A DNA stretch of 64,000 nucleotides from a virus: positions 1 through 64,000 of IMG/VR virus record IMGVR_UViG_3300012952_000020, one strand, 5' to 3'. The notes beneath the pieces are model-generated. The model was not told the DNA's origin. It saw only the letters and a list, made by a program, of their open reading frames with translations, and ran no database searches. Numbering within the stretch: the stretch's first letter is position 1; every line of letters begins with the position of its first letter. Shown here one piece after another: positions 1-9,393 of this stretch. The position numbers and the translations under genes are program-made.

Positions 1-3000
1 AATCTTTGCGTTGTCCCTCCATGACGGTTTGCGCTGGTCAGGATCGCCGGGAAGCCTGCGTGGGATTCCGTGTAGGTTCATGTGGTGCTGGTTATCACGC
101 CACCCTTCTGGATTGAGCGTACGAGAGTCCTCTTGCACACCTGTAAGTAGGTCCATTACCCGACGACGGTCGGCTGCGTTGCTCAATGAGGGGAAACGGT
201 CCTGATCGCTCAACATGCGCCTCATGGCTCTACGATTGCCTACCGGCATTTCCTCTACGTTGATGCCGTGACGGTCTACCTCCACTTGGAGGGCGTCACG
301 GTTGGTCCTCAAACGCTCTTGCAGACGCGCACGGTCTGGACCCCGGAAGTTTTGGGACAGAGCCTTGTATCGCTCATACTCCTCCTCGATGGCTGCCGCG
401 TTGCGAGACTGCCTGTCCGTCATTGTTACCCTGCGGAGGTACTGGTCCTTTTCCTCTTGGGAGCGCACTGTTCCGTCAGGGTGAGCATCCCGAAACGCAT
501 TGTTCAGCCGAACGTCCAGAGGCGACTTACGGGTATAGGTGTACTCTGCGATGGCTTGCCGCAGAATGGCTACTTGGGTTGCGTTGGTAATATCCGAGTC
601 CATCGTCAAGCCTTCATATTGACTTGTGAACTCTGCTTTCGGTGGGAGTGCTCCCGGTCGGAGCCAGTTTGATATATCCCAGAACTCTCCGATGGTGTTC
701 TTTGCCGCTGTACCCGTCAAACCTACTCGAAACCTAATCGAGCCGCCTGTCAACTCTTGTAGCTGGTCTGCCTTGAAGGAGCCAGCCGCCGTGCTCTGAC
801 TGGTCATCTGGTGGATCTCGTCAATCGCCATGTAGTCAAACGTATTCTTGGCTCGACCGGCAGAAGTCGCCAAATCGTCGTGACCCATGACTGTGTATAG
901 AACGCCTCTACGACGGTCCTCTGCAAAAGACGCCTCTTGCCCCGCTGCGTCCTTGGGCATCCCCTTTACTTGCACTCTTGCCTGACGCTTTGTGATCTCG
1001 GCTTCCAGTTCGTTTGCGTAGTCGTCGCCAACTACGCTTCTATCAGGCACACGACGGGCTGTGCGTTCGTACCTCTTGTATGTAGCCTCGGTCCAAGTTT
1101 CCCCGGAAGCGATAGCATCCTCATACGAATCGTAGAACCGCTTGGTTCTGCCTGACCGAGTGGTGTACTCCCTGTAGTTGGGTACGCCGCCGAGAACTGT
1201 GTCCCTGACGCCCTGCTGCACCACTCGTCGGGTTCCGTTTACCTTTCCCTCGCTGACATAGACTACAACATCACCCTCTGGGGTGAACGCCATGATCTCC
1301 TGTGCCATCTGCGTACGGAGAGGTGCCGGAACGCCGATGCAGCCTGCTCGCACTCTGCCTTGGGAGTTGAGGTCTGCGATAGACGCTACCACCGTAGGTG
1401 TCTTACCGAGTCCAGCCCCAAAGTGTAGAAGACGCCCGTCACCACCGGCTTGGGCATCGTTGATCGTGTCGATAAAGTTGAGGCCCGCGTGCTGCGGCAT
1501 ACTGCCCGGTGTCAGTCCGTCCAGCTTGAAATCGAACTTTGCAGGTTTGCCATCCCTCCAACCATAAAATGCGCCGGTAGAGCGTACGCCCCCAATATCA
1601 GTACGCAGGTTCCTCTCTGCCTTGATTTCCTCTGCCCGCTGGTTTGCGTTGCCTCGCTGCCTGCGGAGCCTCCAGTACTCCCGTAGAACCTCGTCGGGGA
1701 TCTCTGCCGAGAACCTTCCGCTGTCTCGGACAATACGGTAGTTGTCCCTCGATGGGGGCATACCCAAGTCCCTCAACTCCTGTAGGACCACCCGAGCATC
1801 GCCTGTCTTCGCCGTGTTGATACCCCTGCGGGGGTTGGCGAGGTGCCTCTCCAACGCTTGCACAGTGTTGATGATGGAGTTTGCCTGCTGCAACTCACTC
1901 TGGAACGAGGCGTGTATCTTTGCCGATTCTGACGCAACGGTAGACCTCGACAGTGTGGGGTTGTTCTCCAGATGGGCAATCAACTGGTCCCTTCGAGCCG
2001 CTGCTTGGTGTAGGTGCTCCGCTACCCTTGGGGCAAGCGTTTCCTGTAGCGCCAAAGTCCTGTGGTGCGCCTTACGCACTGCGTTGGGGTGGATGCTCGC
2101 CGCCAATAGCCCTGCGGTTCCGTCCACGCCCAGTGCTCTCACCATCTTGCTATCAAACGCATGGGGCGGGAAGCCCAGTTCGACTGCGAGCCTGTTCATG
2201 TTGGCTACGTCGAGATCCGTAACGTCCGAGATATTCATGATCTCGTCAGGGATCTGCCCACGCTCTACAAGGTTGTCGAGGTAGTTGTCCTCCAGCGCCT
2301 CGGCAGGGTGCCAAATCTCCTGCATACACATACAGTTTGGATGCGGCACCTGTGGGAACTGGTCACGTAGGAATAGCCCTTGTAGGTCTACTTGACCGGG
2401 ATCTGCTCCAAGTTGTCGGAGTCTATCAACAACACCGGGTCCGGTTGTGACCGCCAGTACCTCGCATACCTCACCCCCTCCATACCATCTGTGGTTCGGG
2501 GATAGCTTGTAGTACATGAACTCGAACCCGACCTTTCTCGCCAGTTCGGTGTTTGCCTCCTGTAGTGCTCGCCTCTGCTCCGTTCTTTGAATACGCGCCA
2601 GTGCTTTACCAACAGAGCCGCCATCAACACGAGTACGACCGGGCATAGGATCGTGTAGACCACGACGTAGGTGATCCATCGCCCTCGCACGTTCCTTGTT
2701 CGACTGTGCGTTGATGTACTGCTCATACCGTCCTCTCGCTCTACCCGCTTCTCTTGTAAGACGGTCGTTTAGCGACTTATCTGTACCCGGAAACGGATCG
2801 TTCATCACAGTGTTGGTTGCCTGATTCGCCAAAGCGGTCATTTCAGACTTAGACGGAAGTGGCACGCCCATACGACGAAGAACGTCCATCTGCGCCCGCA
2901 TTTCCCGTGTGGTAGCACTGCCGATGGTTTCCCGAATGTTAGCCCCTTGACGCTCAAAGTCCCTGCGAACCAATCGGTCAGCTTGGCTACGAAGCTCCGC

Positions 3001-3345
3001 TTGACGCACTGGGTCGAGAGTGCCTTCTGGTAGGATGCCGCCGCCGCGTTCCGCACTTTGACGCAGCTTGTTGAACTCAGCCGTGGAGCCTCTAAAGGTT
3101 CCCCGCAGAGTCGCCTCCTCCCGAGCAAGGTTGCCCAAGGTGATTCGGCGGGAATCGTTCAACTGGTCGAACTCGCTGATCCGGGGCGGGTCGGGGTTGG
3201 ACGGGTCTACGCTGATTTGAATAGACTCGCCCGTAATGTCCTGAACTGTGTGAGTCTCGCCTACAGAACCACGGAGAGCAGGAACATAACCTCGGTCATT
3301 GTTCTCCGCTGGCGTGGGTTGTTGCTGTGTCCACTCATCGGCCAT
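1..3345 (-). CDS. MuF-like minor head protein fused to an SNF2-type SF2 helicase/ATPase (3' end runs off the window; not in ORF track)
   Basis: Hand-translated open frame from ATG 3345 to base 1. PHPNCMC (2326-2346, cf. MuF HPNCRC); HFGAGLGKT (1399-1425); MAIDEIH (811-831); LTGTAAKNTIGEFWDISNWL (661-720). Directly downstream of portal. Confidence 0.8.
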   Translation of the reverse strand, partial: MADEWTQQQPTPAENNDRGYVPALRGSVGETHTVQDITGESIQISVDPSNPDPPRISEFDQLNDSRRITLGNLAREEATLRGTFRGSTAEFNKLRQSAERGGGILPEGTLDPVRQAELRSQADRLVRRDFERQGANIRETIGSATTREMRAQMDVLRRMGVPLPSKSEMTALANQATNTVMNDPFPGTDKSLNDRLTREAGRARGRYEQYINAQSNKERARAMDHLRRGLHDPMPGRTRVDGGSVGKALARIQRTEQRRALQEANTELARKVGFEFMYYKLSPNHRWYGGGEVCEVLAVTTGPGVVDRLRQLGADPGQVDLQGLFLRDQFPQVPHPNCMCMQEIWHPAEALEDNYLDNLVERGQIPDEIMNISDVTDLDVANMNRLAVELGFPPHAFDSKMVRALGVDGTAGLLAASIHPNAVRKAHHRTLALQETLAPRVAEHLHQAAARRDQLIAHLENNPTLSRSTVASESAKIHASFQSELQQANSIINTVQALERHLANPRRGINTAKTGDARVVLQELRDLGMPPSRDNYRIVRDSGRFSAEIPDEVLREYWRLRRQRGNANQRAEEIKAERNLRTDIGGVRSTGAFYGWRDGKPAKFDFKLDGLTPGSMPQHAGLNFIDTINDAQAGGDGRLLHFGAGLGKTPTVVASIADLNSQGRVRAGCIGVPAPLRTQMAQEIMAFTPEGDVVVYVSEGKVNGTRRVVQQGVRDTVLGGVPNYREYTTRSGRTKRFYDSYEDAIASGETWTEATYKRYERTARRVPDRSVVGDDYANELEAEITKRQARVQVKGMPKDAAGQEASFAEDRRRGVLYTVMGHDDLATSAGRAKNTFDYMAIDEIHQMTSQSTAAGSFKADQLQELTGGSIRFRVGLTGTAAKNTIGEFWDISNWLRPGALPPKAEFTSQYEGLTMDSDITNATQVAILRQAIAEYTYTRKSPLDVRLNNAFRDAHPDGTVRSQEEKDQYLRRVTMTDRQSRNAAAIEEEYERYKALSQNFRGPDRARLQERLRTNRDALQVEVDRHGINVEEMPVGNRRAMRRMLSDQDRFPSLSNAADRRRVMDLLTGVQEDSRTLNPEGWRDNQHHMNLHGIPRRLPGDPDQRKPSWRDNAKI

Positions 3346-3349
3346 CTAC

Positions 3350-4957
3350 CTATTCCCCTGATTCAGCCTTCTGCTGCTTTGTGATGGAACCCTTCTCGCC
3401 TCGGGCATCGGGGTTTCCTCTTTCGGGGTCGGGGTTGCCGGACCTTCGTGGGTCGCCTGCTCCGTAGTTCTCACCGGGCGTGTATAGCTTCTGCCCGACT
3501 TCAAACTCCATTTCAGCCTGCTCCATTGTTTCGTCCTTGAAGTCGTCCATGACCTTATCGATCTCGGACTGGGATAGACCCATCTTCTCCAACTCCATCC
3601 GCTTCGTGGACAGACCCAACTGTAGACGCTTGGCAGCGCGGTCCAGTTCCATAGTCTCGTCCCGTGGCAGCGGGTCAGGGAACACAATGTCGTTCCGGTA
3701 CTTGTTTCCATCCAGCTTGGATAGAGCCTTCCCAAACTTGCCGTCCTTCAAGGACGTGATCTTCAAGATCAGACGATTGACTAAACGGAGTCCGAGTCCG
3801 TACGTCTGAATCTTCACGTTACGACGTTCAATCAGGGGGAGATAGCGCATCGCCAATGCAGACCCGGACATGCCGGACCCGGACTCTTGGAAAGCCCCCA
3901 GAAGCCCCAGCGGGATTCCCGCCAGTTCGTGCATCGACTTCTTCACATTCTCAAGGTACTTCAAACTCGATCCGAGTTCGCCCGAAAGAGCCAGATTCGT
4001 CACTGATGCTCCTTCTGGAAGACCCCACATGCGACTTGCCCCCCGTTCAAGGTTGGACAGCTTCGCACCCGTTACGATTGTGACTGGGGAGCCGTGGTAG
4101 TTGATCACGTCAGACACGTCCGTAGACTTCTCGTTGTACTCCTGCTGGAGTGCCAGAATGTCCATGAGGTCTGACTTGCCGTAGTATTCGGACGCTACGG
4201 GATAGTTGGGGATGTGAACAATCGGGATCTCCCCGAGAGGGTTGGGGATGGTTTCATCTGGTCGCCCATCGTCGTACATCTTCACGCACTTGTCTGGATA
4301 CCACCGCTCGGCATAGAGCCGAATGTCCAGCTTCTTGCCTCGGTTCAGAGAAACAAACTCCGTGGCTCCGCGTCGTCGCTCATACCCCTTATCGGTGCCG
4401 GTGGCGTAGTGAGGGTACAGGACCAGAATGGAGTTGACCTTCTTACGGTCCACACCCCGAGGACCACCAAAGTCGGGGAAGACGTACTGCGAAGGAAGCA
4501 CGTCCACTCGGGCGTACGGTTCCTCCAGCATATCGTTTTCTTCCCAAGAGACACGCAGGAACAGGTCGCCAGTGACAGATCCCATCTGCCCCATTTCAAA
4601 GCATAGGGACTGGAGCCTATTGCGTCTCCAAGTCTCGTCCAGCATGTGACGAATGAACTCTCGGTCCTCGTCTTCCCGCTGTGGGGTGGAGGGGTCGTCG
4701 GGTACTGTGCAACGGAAGCCGTGCTTGAATAGGAAGTTGACATGAGCGTCCACAAACGCTCGGCAGTAGTTGACAGTCACGAACGGTTCGTTCTGGTCCC
4801 GAGTCCAATCCCACTGGTCGCCCTTGTAGAACCGCCAGAGTTTCCGGTACTCGTTCATACGCTTTGAATGAGCAACTTCCACGTCGTGTGCAAGCTGGTA
4901 TACCTGTGCGTCTTTGGACCCGAATGGTGTTCCCGCTATTACTGCTCTTGTCGCCAT
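3350..4957 (-). CDS. Portal protein (SPP1 gp6-like)
   Basis: 535 aa; VNYCRAFVD, NPLGEIPIVHIPN, GKSDL, SGSAL motifs; downstream of terminase. Confidence 0.9.
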   Translation of the reverse strand: MATRAVIAGTPFGSKDAQVYQLAHDVEVAHSKRMNEYRKLWRFYKGDQWDWTRDQNEPFVTVNYCRAFVDAHVNFLFKHGFRCTVPDDPSTPQREDEDREFIRHMLDETWRRNRLQSLCFEMGQMGSVTGDLFLRVSWEENDMLEEPYARVDVLPSQYVFPDFGGPRGVDRKKVNSILVLYPHYATGTDKGYERRRGATEFVSLNRGKKLDIRLYAERWYPDKCVKMYDDGRPDETIPNPLGEIPIVHIPNYPVASEYYGKSDLMDILALQQEYNEKSTDVSDVINYHGSPVTIVTGAKLSNLERGASRMWGLPEGASVTNLALSGELGSSLKYLENVKKSMHELAGIPLGLLGAFQESGSGMSGSALAMRYLPLIERRNVKIQTYGLGLRLVNRLILKITSLKDGKFGKALSKLDGNKYRNDIVFPDPLPRDETMELDRAAKRLQLGLSTKRMELEKMGLSQSEIDKVMDDFKDETMEQAEMEFEVGQKLYTPGENYGAGDPRRSGNPDPERGNPDARGEKGSITKQQKAESGE

Positions 4958-4978
4958 ATCCGGCCTCCTGATTCAGCA

Positions 4979-5007
4979 ACCGTATCAGGATTGCCTGTGT
5001 TTGTCAA
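4979..5007 (-). promoter_or_regulatory. Sigma70-like promoter for portal
   Basis: TTGACA-N17-TACGGT. Confidence 0.55.
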
Positions 5008-5012
5008 GAACC

Positions 5013-5240
5013 CTACCACTTGCTACCTCGGCTCCGCTTCTTGTCCGGTGGGGTCCATCCTTCCTCCCTCATATCACCCTGTATCTCACGGCGAAAGGAC
5101 TTGTCCCACAGATGTTCGAGCCAAGTTTTCACTGTATCCGGGTGAAGGTCGGGCAAAGACTTAGAACGTATTGCTCGACGGACAAACCTTACATCGCTTC
5201 CCGCAAGTGCGGCAACTTGTTCTTCCGATAAGTCCTTCAT
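5013..5240 (-). CDS. Hypothetical protein
   Basis: 75 aa; ATGA overlap with terminase stop. Confidence 0.6.
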   Translation of the reverse strand: MKDLSEEQVAALAGSDVRFVRRAIRSKSLPDLHPDTVKTWLEHLWDKSFRREIQGDMREEGWTPPDKKRSRGSKW

Positions 5241-6937
5241 CTACGTTTACCTCGTCTGCCGCCTTCACGGAACCAAGCCTTTGATCTCTGGTAGTTACCA
5301 CCGATATTCAGACCTCTGCCCATGAGCGGGTTAGCGATCACCTCGGCATCGCCGTAGGCTCCGTGCTGCACAGCATAGTTGAGCAACATCAACGAATCCG
5401 GGTAGTCATCGTGAGCCGAGCCGCCTCCTGATTTAGACCCCTTCGGAGCACGAATGTCCATGTACTTGCCCTTCCACCGCTTCTCCAGATCATAGAGTTG
5501 CTGAACGAAGCGACGGTACTTGGTCATCTTACGAGCGCCTTGTCCCGCAGGGTAGGTCAGACGTTTGGCACGTAGATCCTGATAGAGCAACTGGTATCCA
5601 CGGTGTTTCGACTTCTGATTGAATACGAACGGGATGACGTGTACGTCCTTTAGATCCGACCTAAGACGCGATGCGATGGGATCGCCTCGTCCGGTAGCAT
5701 CTACGATCAATGTCCCTACGTTATAGTTCCGTAGGAACTCCAGTATTTGCGGATACTGAGACTCGTGGTCGTCACCTTGGATCTCCAGCCAGTTCATTAC
5801 ATGAACGTAGTATCTATCTTCACCTGAGACTCGTTGCGGGTTGTCCCACCATACACGACCGACCGTAAGGACCGTAGAGTCATGGGAACGCCCAATGTCG
5901 AGTGACGCTACTTGGTTCACCGTAGACCGATCTTGCGTCCCCGGATAATCTGGACGGACAAAGGTTAGGAGATTGCCGCTCTTGTCCTTGGACTTGAGTA
6001 TGTCCCGCTTCTTGATGCCACAGGAGTCCAGCATCTCTGGAGGGATGAATACACCACGCTCCAATAGCCAGTGAAGCCTGTAGGACATGCGGAAGTCGTC
6101 CGAGTCATAGCCCAGTCGCTCTACCTCTTTGTCGATGTACTTACGATACCGAGGATTCCATCTGGCAGCGTGTTCGTAGTCGTACTCGAAATGGGTCTGC
6201 ACTTCTCCCGGTTTCAGTATTGCTGCCTTCTTGCGCCCACGCTCGCACGCATCATAGAAGTCGTTACGGTGAGGCGAGGGAGTGCCGATCTTCACGATGG
6301 ACGCGTTAGTAGCCGCACCCATTGGGTGGATGGACTTACGAATCTTGTAGTTGCCGATGTCCTGTGTCTCTTCACACAAGATCAGGTGATAGGTCTTCCC
6401 CTCGATGTGGGACTGTGGACCCGCAGAGTTACAGTCACAGAAGCTACCGTTAGGAAGGCGCAACGACTTTCTTCCCGGTCGTAGGCGTATGCCAATATCA
6501 GGGTCAGCCAAGACCTGCGCCATGTCTGCGCTGTTCATACGAGCAGCCATTCGACTGTGCATGATGGCACCCAACTCGTAGGTAGGAGCGAAGATGCCGC
6601 ACCAGAACCCATCCTTGTATTTGTTGATACGGTCGTCCTCGTTCAAGCCGGGTACGGTCGCCAAGGTCGGTAGGATCACCATTAGACCCACTGTGACCAC
6701 CGCAACCGTTTCGGTCTTGCCGGACTGACGCGCAAAGAGAGCCGTGATCTCCTCACCCTCTCCCAGAATCACCGATTGACAGATTCTACGTCCAAACTCT
6801 TGTTGGTAGGGGTACAGCGAAATGCCGCTCGCCTCCATACAGAACTTGAACGCCTTTTCTGCCACGTCCAGAAGCTCATCCCTCGAAAGGGTATGACGCT
6901 CCTCTGCCACCTTGTACTGCTCAATAGCTTGGGCCAT
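5237..6937 (-). CDS. terL: Terminase large subunit
   Basis: LYPYQ, ARQSGKT Walker A, GTP coupling motif, nuclease acidic motifs LDIGRSHD, DATG, HDDYPDS. Confidence 0.93.
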   Translation of the reverse strand: MAQAIEQYKVAEERHTLSRDELLDVAEKAFKFCMEASGISLYPYQQEFGRRICQSVILGEGEEITALFARQSGKTETVAVVTVGLMVILPTLATVPGLNEDDRINKYKDGFWCGIFAPTYELGAIMHSRMAARMNSADMAQVLADPDIGIRLRPGRKSLRLPNGSFCDCNSAGPQSHIEGKTYHLILCEETQDIGNYKIRKSIHPMGAATNASIVKIGTPSPHRNDFYDACERGRKKAAILKPGEVQTHFEYDYEHAARWNPRYRKYIDKEVERLGYDSDDFRMSYRLHWLLERGVFIPPEMLDSCGIKKRDILKSKDKSGNLLTFVRPDYPGTQDRSTVNQVASLDIGRSHDSTVLTVGRVWWDNPQRVSGEDRYYVHVMNWLEIQGDDHESQYPQILEFLRNYNVGTLIVDATGRGDPIASRLRSDLKDVHVIPFVFNQKSKHRGYQLLYQDLRAKRLTYPAGQGARKMTKYRRFVQQLYDLEKRWKGKYMDIRAPKGSKSGGGSAHDDYPDSLMLLNYAVQHGAYGDAEVIANPLMGRGLNIGGNYQRSKAWFREGGRRGKRR

Positions 6938-6972
6938 GTCTTACTCCTGTATCTGCCCAGATTACCGCTCAC

Positions 6973-7104
6973 TCAATAGGATCTACGCTTTTTCGCTCCA
7001 CTCTTGGGTTTTGACGGTTTCCTCGGTTTGGACGGTTTTGACGGCGATTTACGCTTTTTCCCACCACTCGACGGTTTTTCCTTCTTTTTCCCGTATTTCG
7101 CCAT
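6973..7104 (-). CDS. 43-aa lysine-rich basic peptide
   Basis: MAKYGKKKEKPSSGGKKRKSPSKPSKPRKPSKPKSGAKKRRSY; GGGAG RBS and TTGACA (7136-7141) upstream; below the ORF-track size cut-off. Confidence 0.7.
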   Translation of the reverse strand: MAKYGKKKEKPSSGGKKRKSPSKPSKPRKPSKPKSGAKKRRSY

Positions 7105-7414
7105 TTACTGCTCCCAATGTCAGCCTGTCCGTGTTTGTCAATAAGATAACTGATTTACGCGCCCCAGTATAGTCACTTGCCCGCTCTCATGCCCCCGTCG
7201 CCCTTCTCACGGGTACTCGCCCCCCTCTGATAACTGCAAAACCCCGTAGGAGTGACTGGCCGGGCTGACCGGACTGGACCCGAACGACTCGACCCCGCCG
7301 ACTGGCCTCGACCCCTGGGACTGGCATGGCCCTTGCATAGCACTCGACCTCGCCTCGAACTGGTGGAGCAAATCACTGGACGGTCCAACGCCAAGCCCCC
7401 CATGCACATCACAC

Positions 7415-7443
7415 TCCGTATCATGCCTTGCCATGTTTGTCAA
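7415..7443 (-). promoter_or_regulatory. Putative promoter
   Basis: TTGACA-N17-TACGGA with TG extension. Confidence 0.45.
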
Positions 7444-7449
7444 GCAGTA

Positions 7450-8200
7450 TCCTATACTATCCTACCCTATAGGCCCTCCCCTTATAGCCCCCTCCCCCTG
7501 TGTGCCTGCCCTATGTGAGCACTCGCCCGTAGCCCTCAGCCCCGCATGCCCACCTCGGCCCAGCCCCTATGCCCTGTGGACTATCCAGCCCTATATACCC
7601 CTCTATAGTACGTGACCAATCCTCCGCCTGCCTCACAGCGCCCTCTACAGGACTGGCACTGTGGCGCTCGCCAAGTCCCGCCCTATGGACGACCCTATAT
7701 GGTGGGTATAGCCCTTTACATATCCAATACGCTACCTACCCATTATTCCCCCTCTGGGTATACCCCTCCCCTCGACAATCTCCCCTCTATCTGCGCCTTT
7801 ACGCCGATTTTCGCCTCTATATGCGCCCATCTTGACAAACCCGCTTGTCTGGTCCCTGCATTTGGCCCCTGTATACCCCGTTGACCCCTCTACTATGGGG
7901 ACCAAGTACCCCTGCGTTGGGGGACCAAAATCCCCTCCCCGCAAAATCCGTAGTGTACTCAGGTGGTTGCCGACCCCTATATACCGACCCCTGTGTAGCC
8001 CCGCATATACCCCTCTCATGCGCCGGTTTGCCCGGTTTTACCTTCACCTTGTTTGTCAATAACTACCCCCGCGAAAACCGTAGGTAGAACAAGGGTTTAC
8101 GAGCACCCATATTTACCGACCTATATTACCGGCATATCCTTCCCCTTGGGTGAAACCGTCAGATCCGAGCCTATATCGCCATATATGCCCCCTCTGTTAG
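7450..8200. repeat. Non-coding C-rich region with degenerate CCC(T/TC)TAT repeats; candidate packaging/terminus region
   Basis: About a dozen CCCTAT/CCCTCTAT-like copies, strong C skew, no credible ORF, lies between early genes and terminase. Confidence 0.5.
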
Positions 8201-8262
8201 ACGGCGACTGTGGGGGCGTAACGGGCATACTGGAGGTGATTCCTGACCCCAAAATACCCATG

Positions 8263-8300
8263 AAAAAAGGCCCATAAGTGCCGAAACACCTATGGACCTT
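8263..8300 (-). terminator. Intrinsic terminator ending the early operon
   Basis: AAGGTCCATAGGTG-TTTCGG-CACTTATGGGCCTT then TTTT. Confidence 0.8.
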
Positions 8301-8343
8301 ACCCTCCGACTCCCCGGTCGAGACGGTTGCTTCCCCCTACTTA

Positions 8344-8760
8344 CTACTCGTTCGCCTCTTGTTCGCCTGCGCTCTCGCCTGCTTCGGACGCTTCCTCGGG
8401 TTCCGGCAACTCGTCTACCAAATCCGAGGGATCGGCTGGCTCCAGTTCCTTGGGCATGTTGTCGAAGGCCAGCGCCACCGCCTTCATCACCTCATCCACC
8501 TCGCCGTTCCAGTCAATCTGCAACTTGGACTGTGGGTGTTCGTGACTGGGGTAGGGCCAGAAGACCTTGAAGCATGACCATTTCTTGAACCAGCAGATGC
8601 TCGCCGCAGCGAACGGATTGTCGTCCGTCTTGCGCCGAATCACCATGTGGGGAACGCCCTTCTTGGACAGCATACAGCCGAAGCTATAGCCAGCCTCCAG
8701 AAGTGGCTCCGTTAGACTCTTGTAAGCCTCGAAACGTGGATCGTTGATACTTGCTCTCAT
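8344..8760 (-). CDS. Hypothetical protein with acidic tail
   Basis: AAGGAG RBS before ATG 8760. Confidence 0.7.
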   Translation of the reverse strand: MRASINDPRFEAYKSLTEPLLEAGYSFGCMLSKKGVPHMVIRRKTDDNPFAAASICWFKKWSCFKVFWPYPSHEHPQSKLQIDWNGEVDEVMKAVALAFDNMPKELEPADPSDLVDELPEPEEASEAGESAGEQEANE

Positions 8761-8808
8761 GCGACTTTCTCCTTTCCTGACACCGGGAGCCGCCGCCCCC
8801 GATGGGTG

Positions 8809-8854
8809 TGAGGTAGAGATCACATGCCTATGAATGACCGTGACCTCTACCTCA
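8809..8854 (-). other. 15-bp intergenic RNA hairpin
   Basis: TGAGGTAGAGGTCAC-N16-GTGATCTCTACCTCA (one G-U pair). Confidence 0.6.
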
Positions 8855-8861
8855 ATCCTTA

Positions 8862-9191
8862 TCACATCAGGCCCATCTCCATCAACATCGTCCGTTGATC
8901 CTGACGCCACTGGTTGTCCCTCTCCGCTGTCGGGTACGCGGCTACTATGAGCCTCCCAGCCTCGGATTCGGATCGGGCCTTCATACGGCGACCATCTGGC
9001 ATCCTTGCCTCGTAGCAGACCGAGTAGTCGGTTCCAACACCGCAGGAGCAAGCGTGCCATTCCCTGACTACAACCACGTCTGCGAACTCGACCTCTCCGT
9101 CTTCGTCCTCGATGATGTACCGTTCCCGATTATCGGGCAACTCAAAGCCGTGATCAACCACCTCATACCCTCTACAATCCTCGCAAGCCAT
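8862..9191 (-). CDS. Hypothetical protein (CxxC and CxC motifs)
   Basis: GGAG RBS; MACEDC...HACSCG. Confidence 0.65.
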   Translation of the reverse strand: MACEDCRGYEVVDHGFELPDNRERYIIEDEDGEVEFADVVVVREWHACSCGVGTDYSVCYEARMPDGRRMKARSESEAGRLIVAAYPTAERDNQWRQDQRTMLMEMGLM

Positions 9192-9393
9192 GTCGTTCTC
9201 CTTTGTGTGCGAGCGGGGCATTTACCCCACAGTTGTTCGTAACAAATCCGCTGGTAGATCCAGTCTCCCCGAAGCCTCGCTCTACGAAAGCGTCCCAGCA
9301 CCAACGCCCTCTCTGCCTCTGTGACTGCGTGTTGAACCGTCGTGCATCGACAGGCAACCTCGCCGCAACTATCGTCCCACCTTTCCATGTCAT
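9172..9393 (-). CDS. Hypothetical protein
   Basis: GGAGG RBS and ATGA coupling; alternative frame 9068-9388 possible. Confidence 0.4.
   Translation of the reverse strand: MTWKGGTIVAARLPVDARRFNTQSQRQRGRWCWDAFVERGFGETGSTSGFVTNNCGVNAPLAHKGERHGLRGL

Noticed and set aside
2388-2726. 112-aa ORF with a hydrophobic stretch
   Set aside because: Out-of-frame overlap within the MuF-SNF2 gene.
6985-7080. GACGGTTT and TACGCTTTTTC repeats as DNA iterons
   Set aside because: Better explained by KPS and KKR codon repeats of the basic peptide.
8809-8854. Possible fourth ribozyme
   Set aside because: No CUGANGA/GAAA core or other ribozyme consensus visible; kept only as a hairpin.
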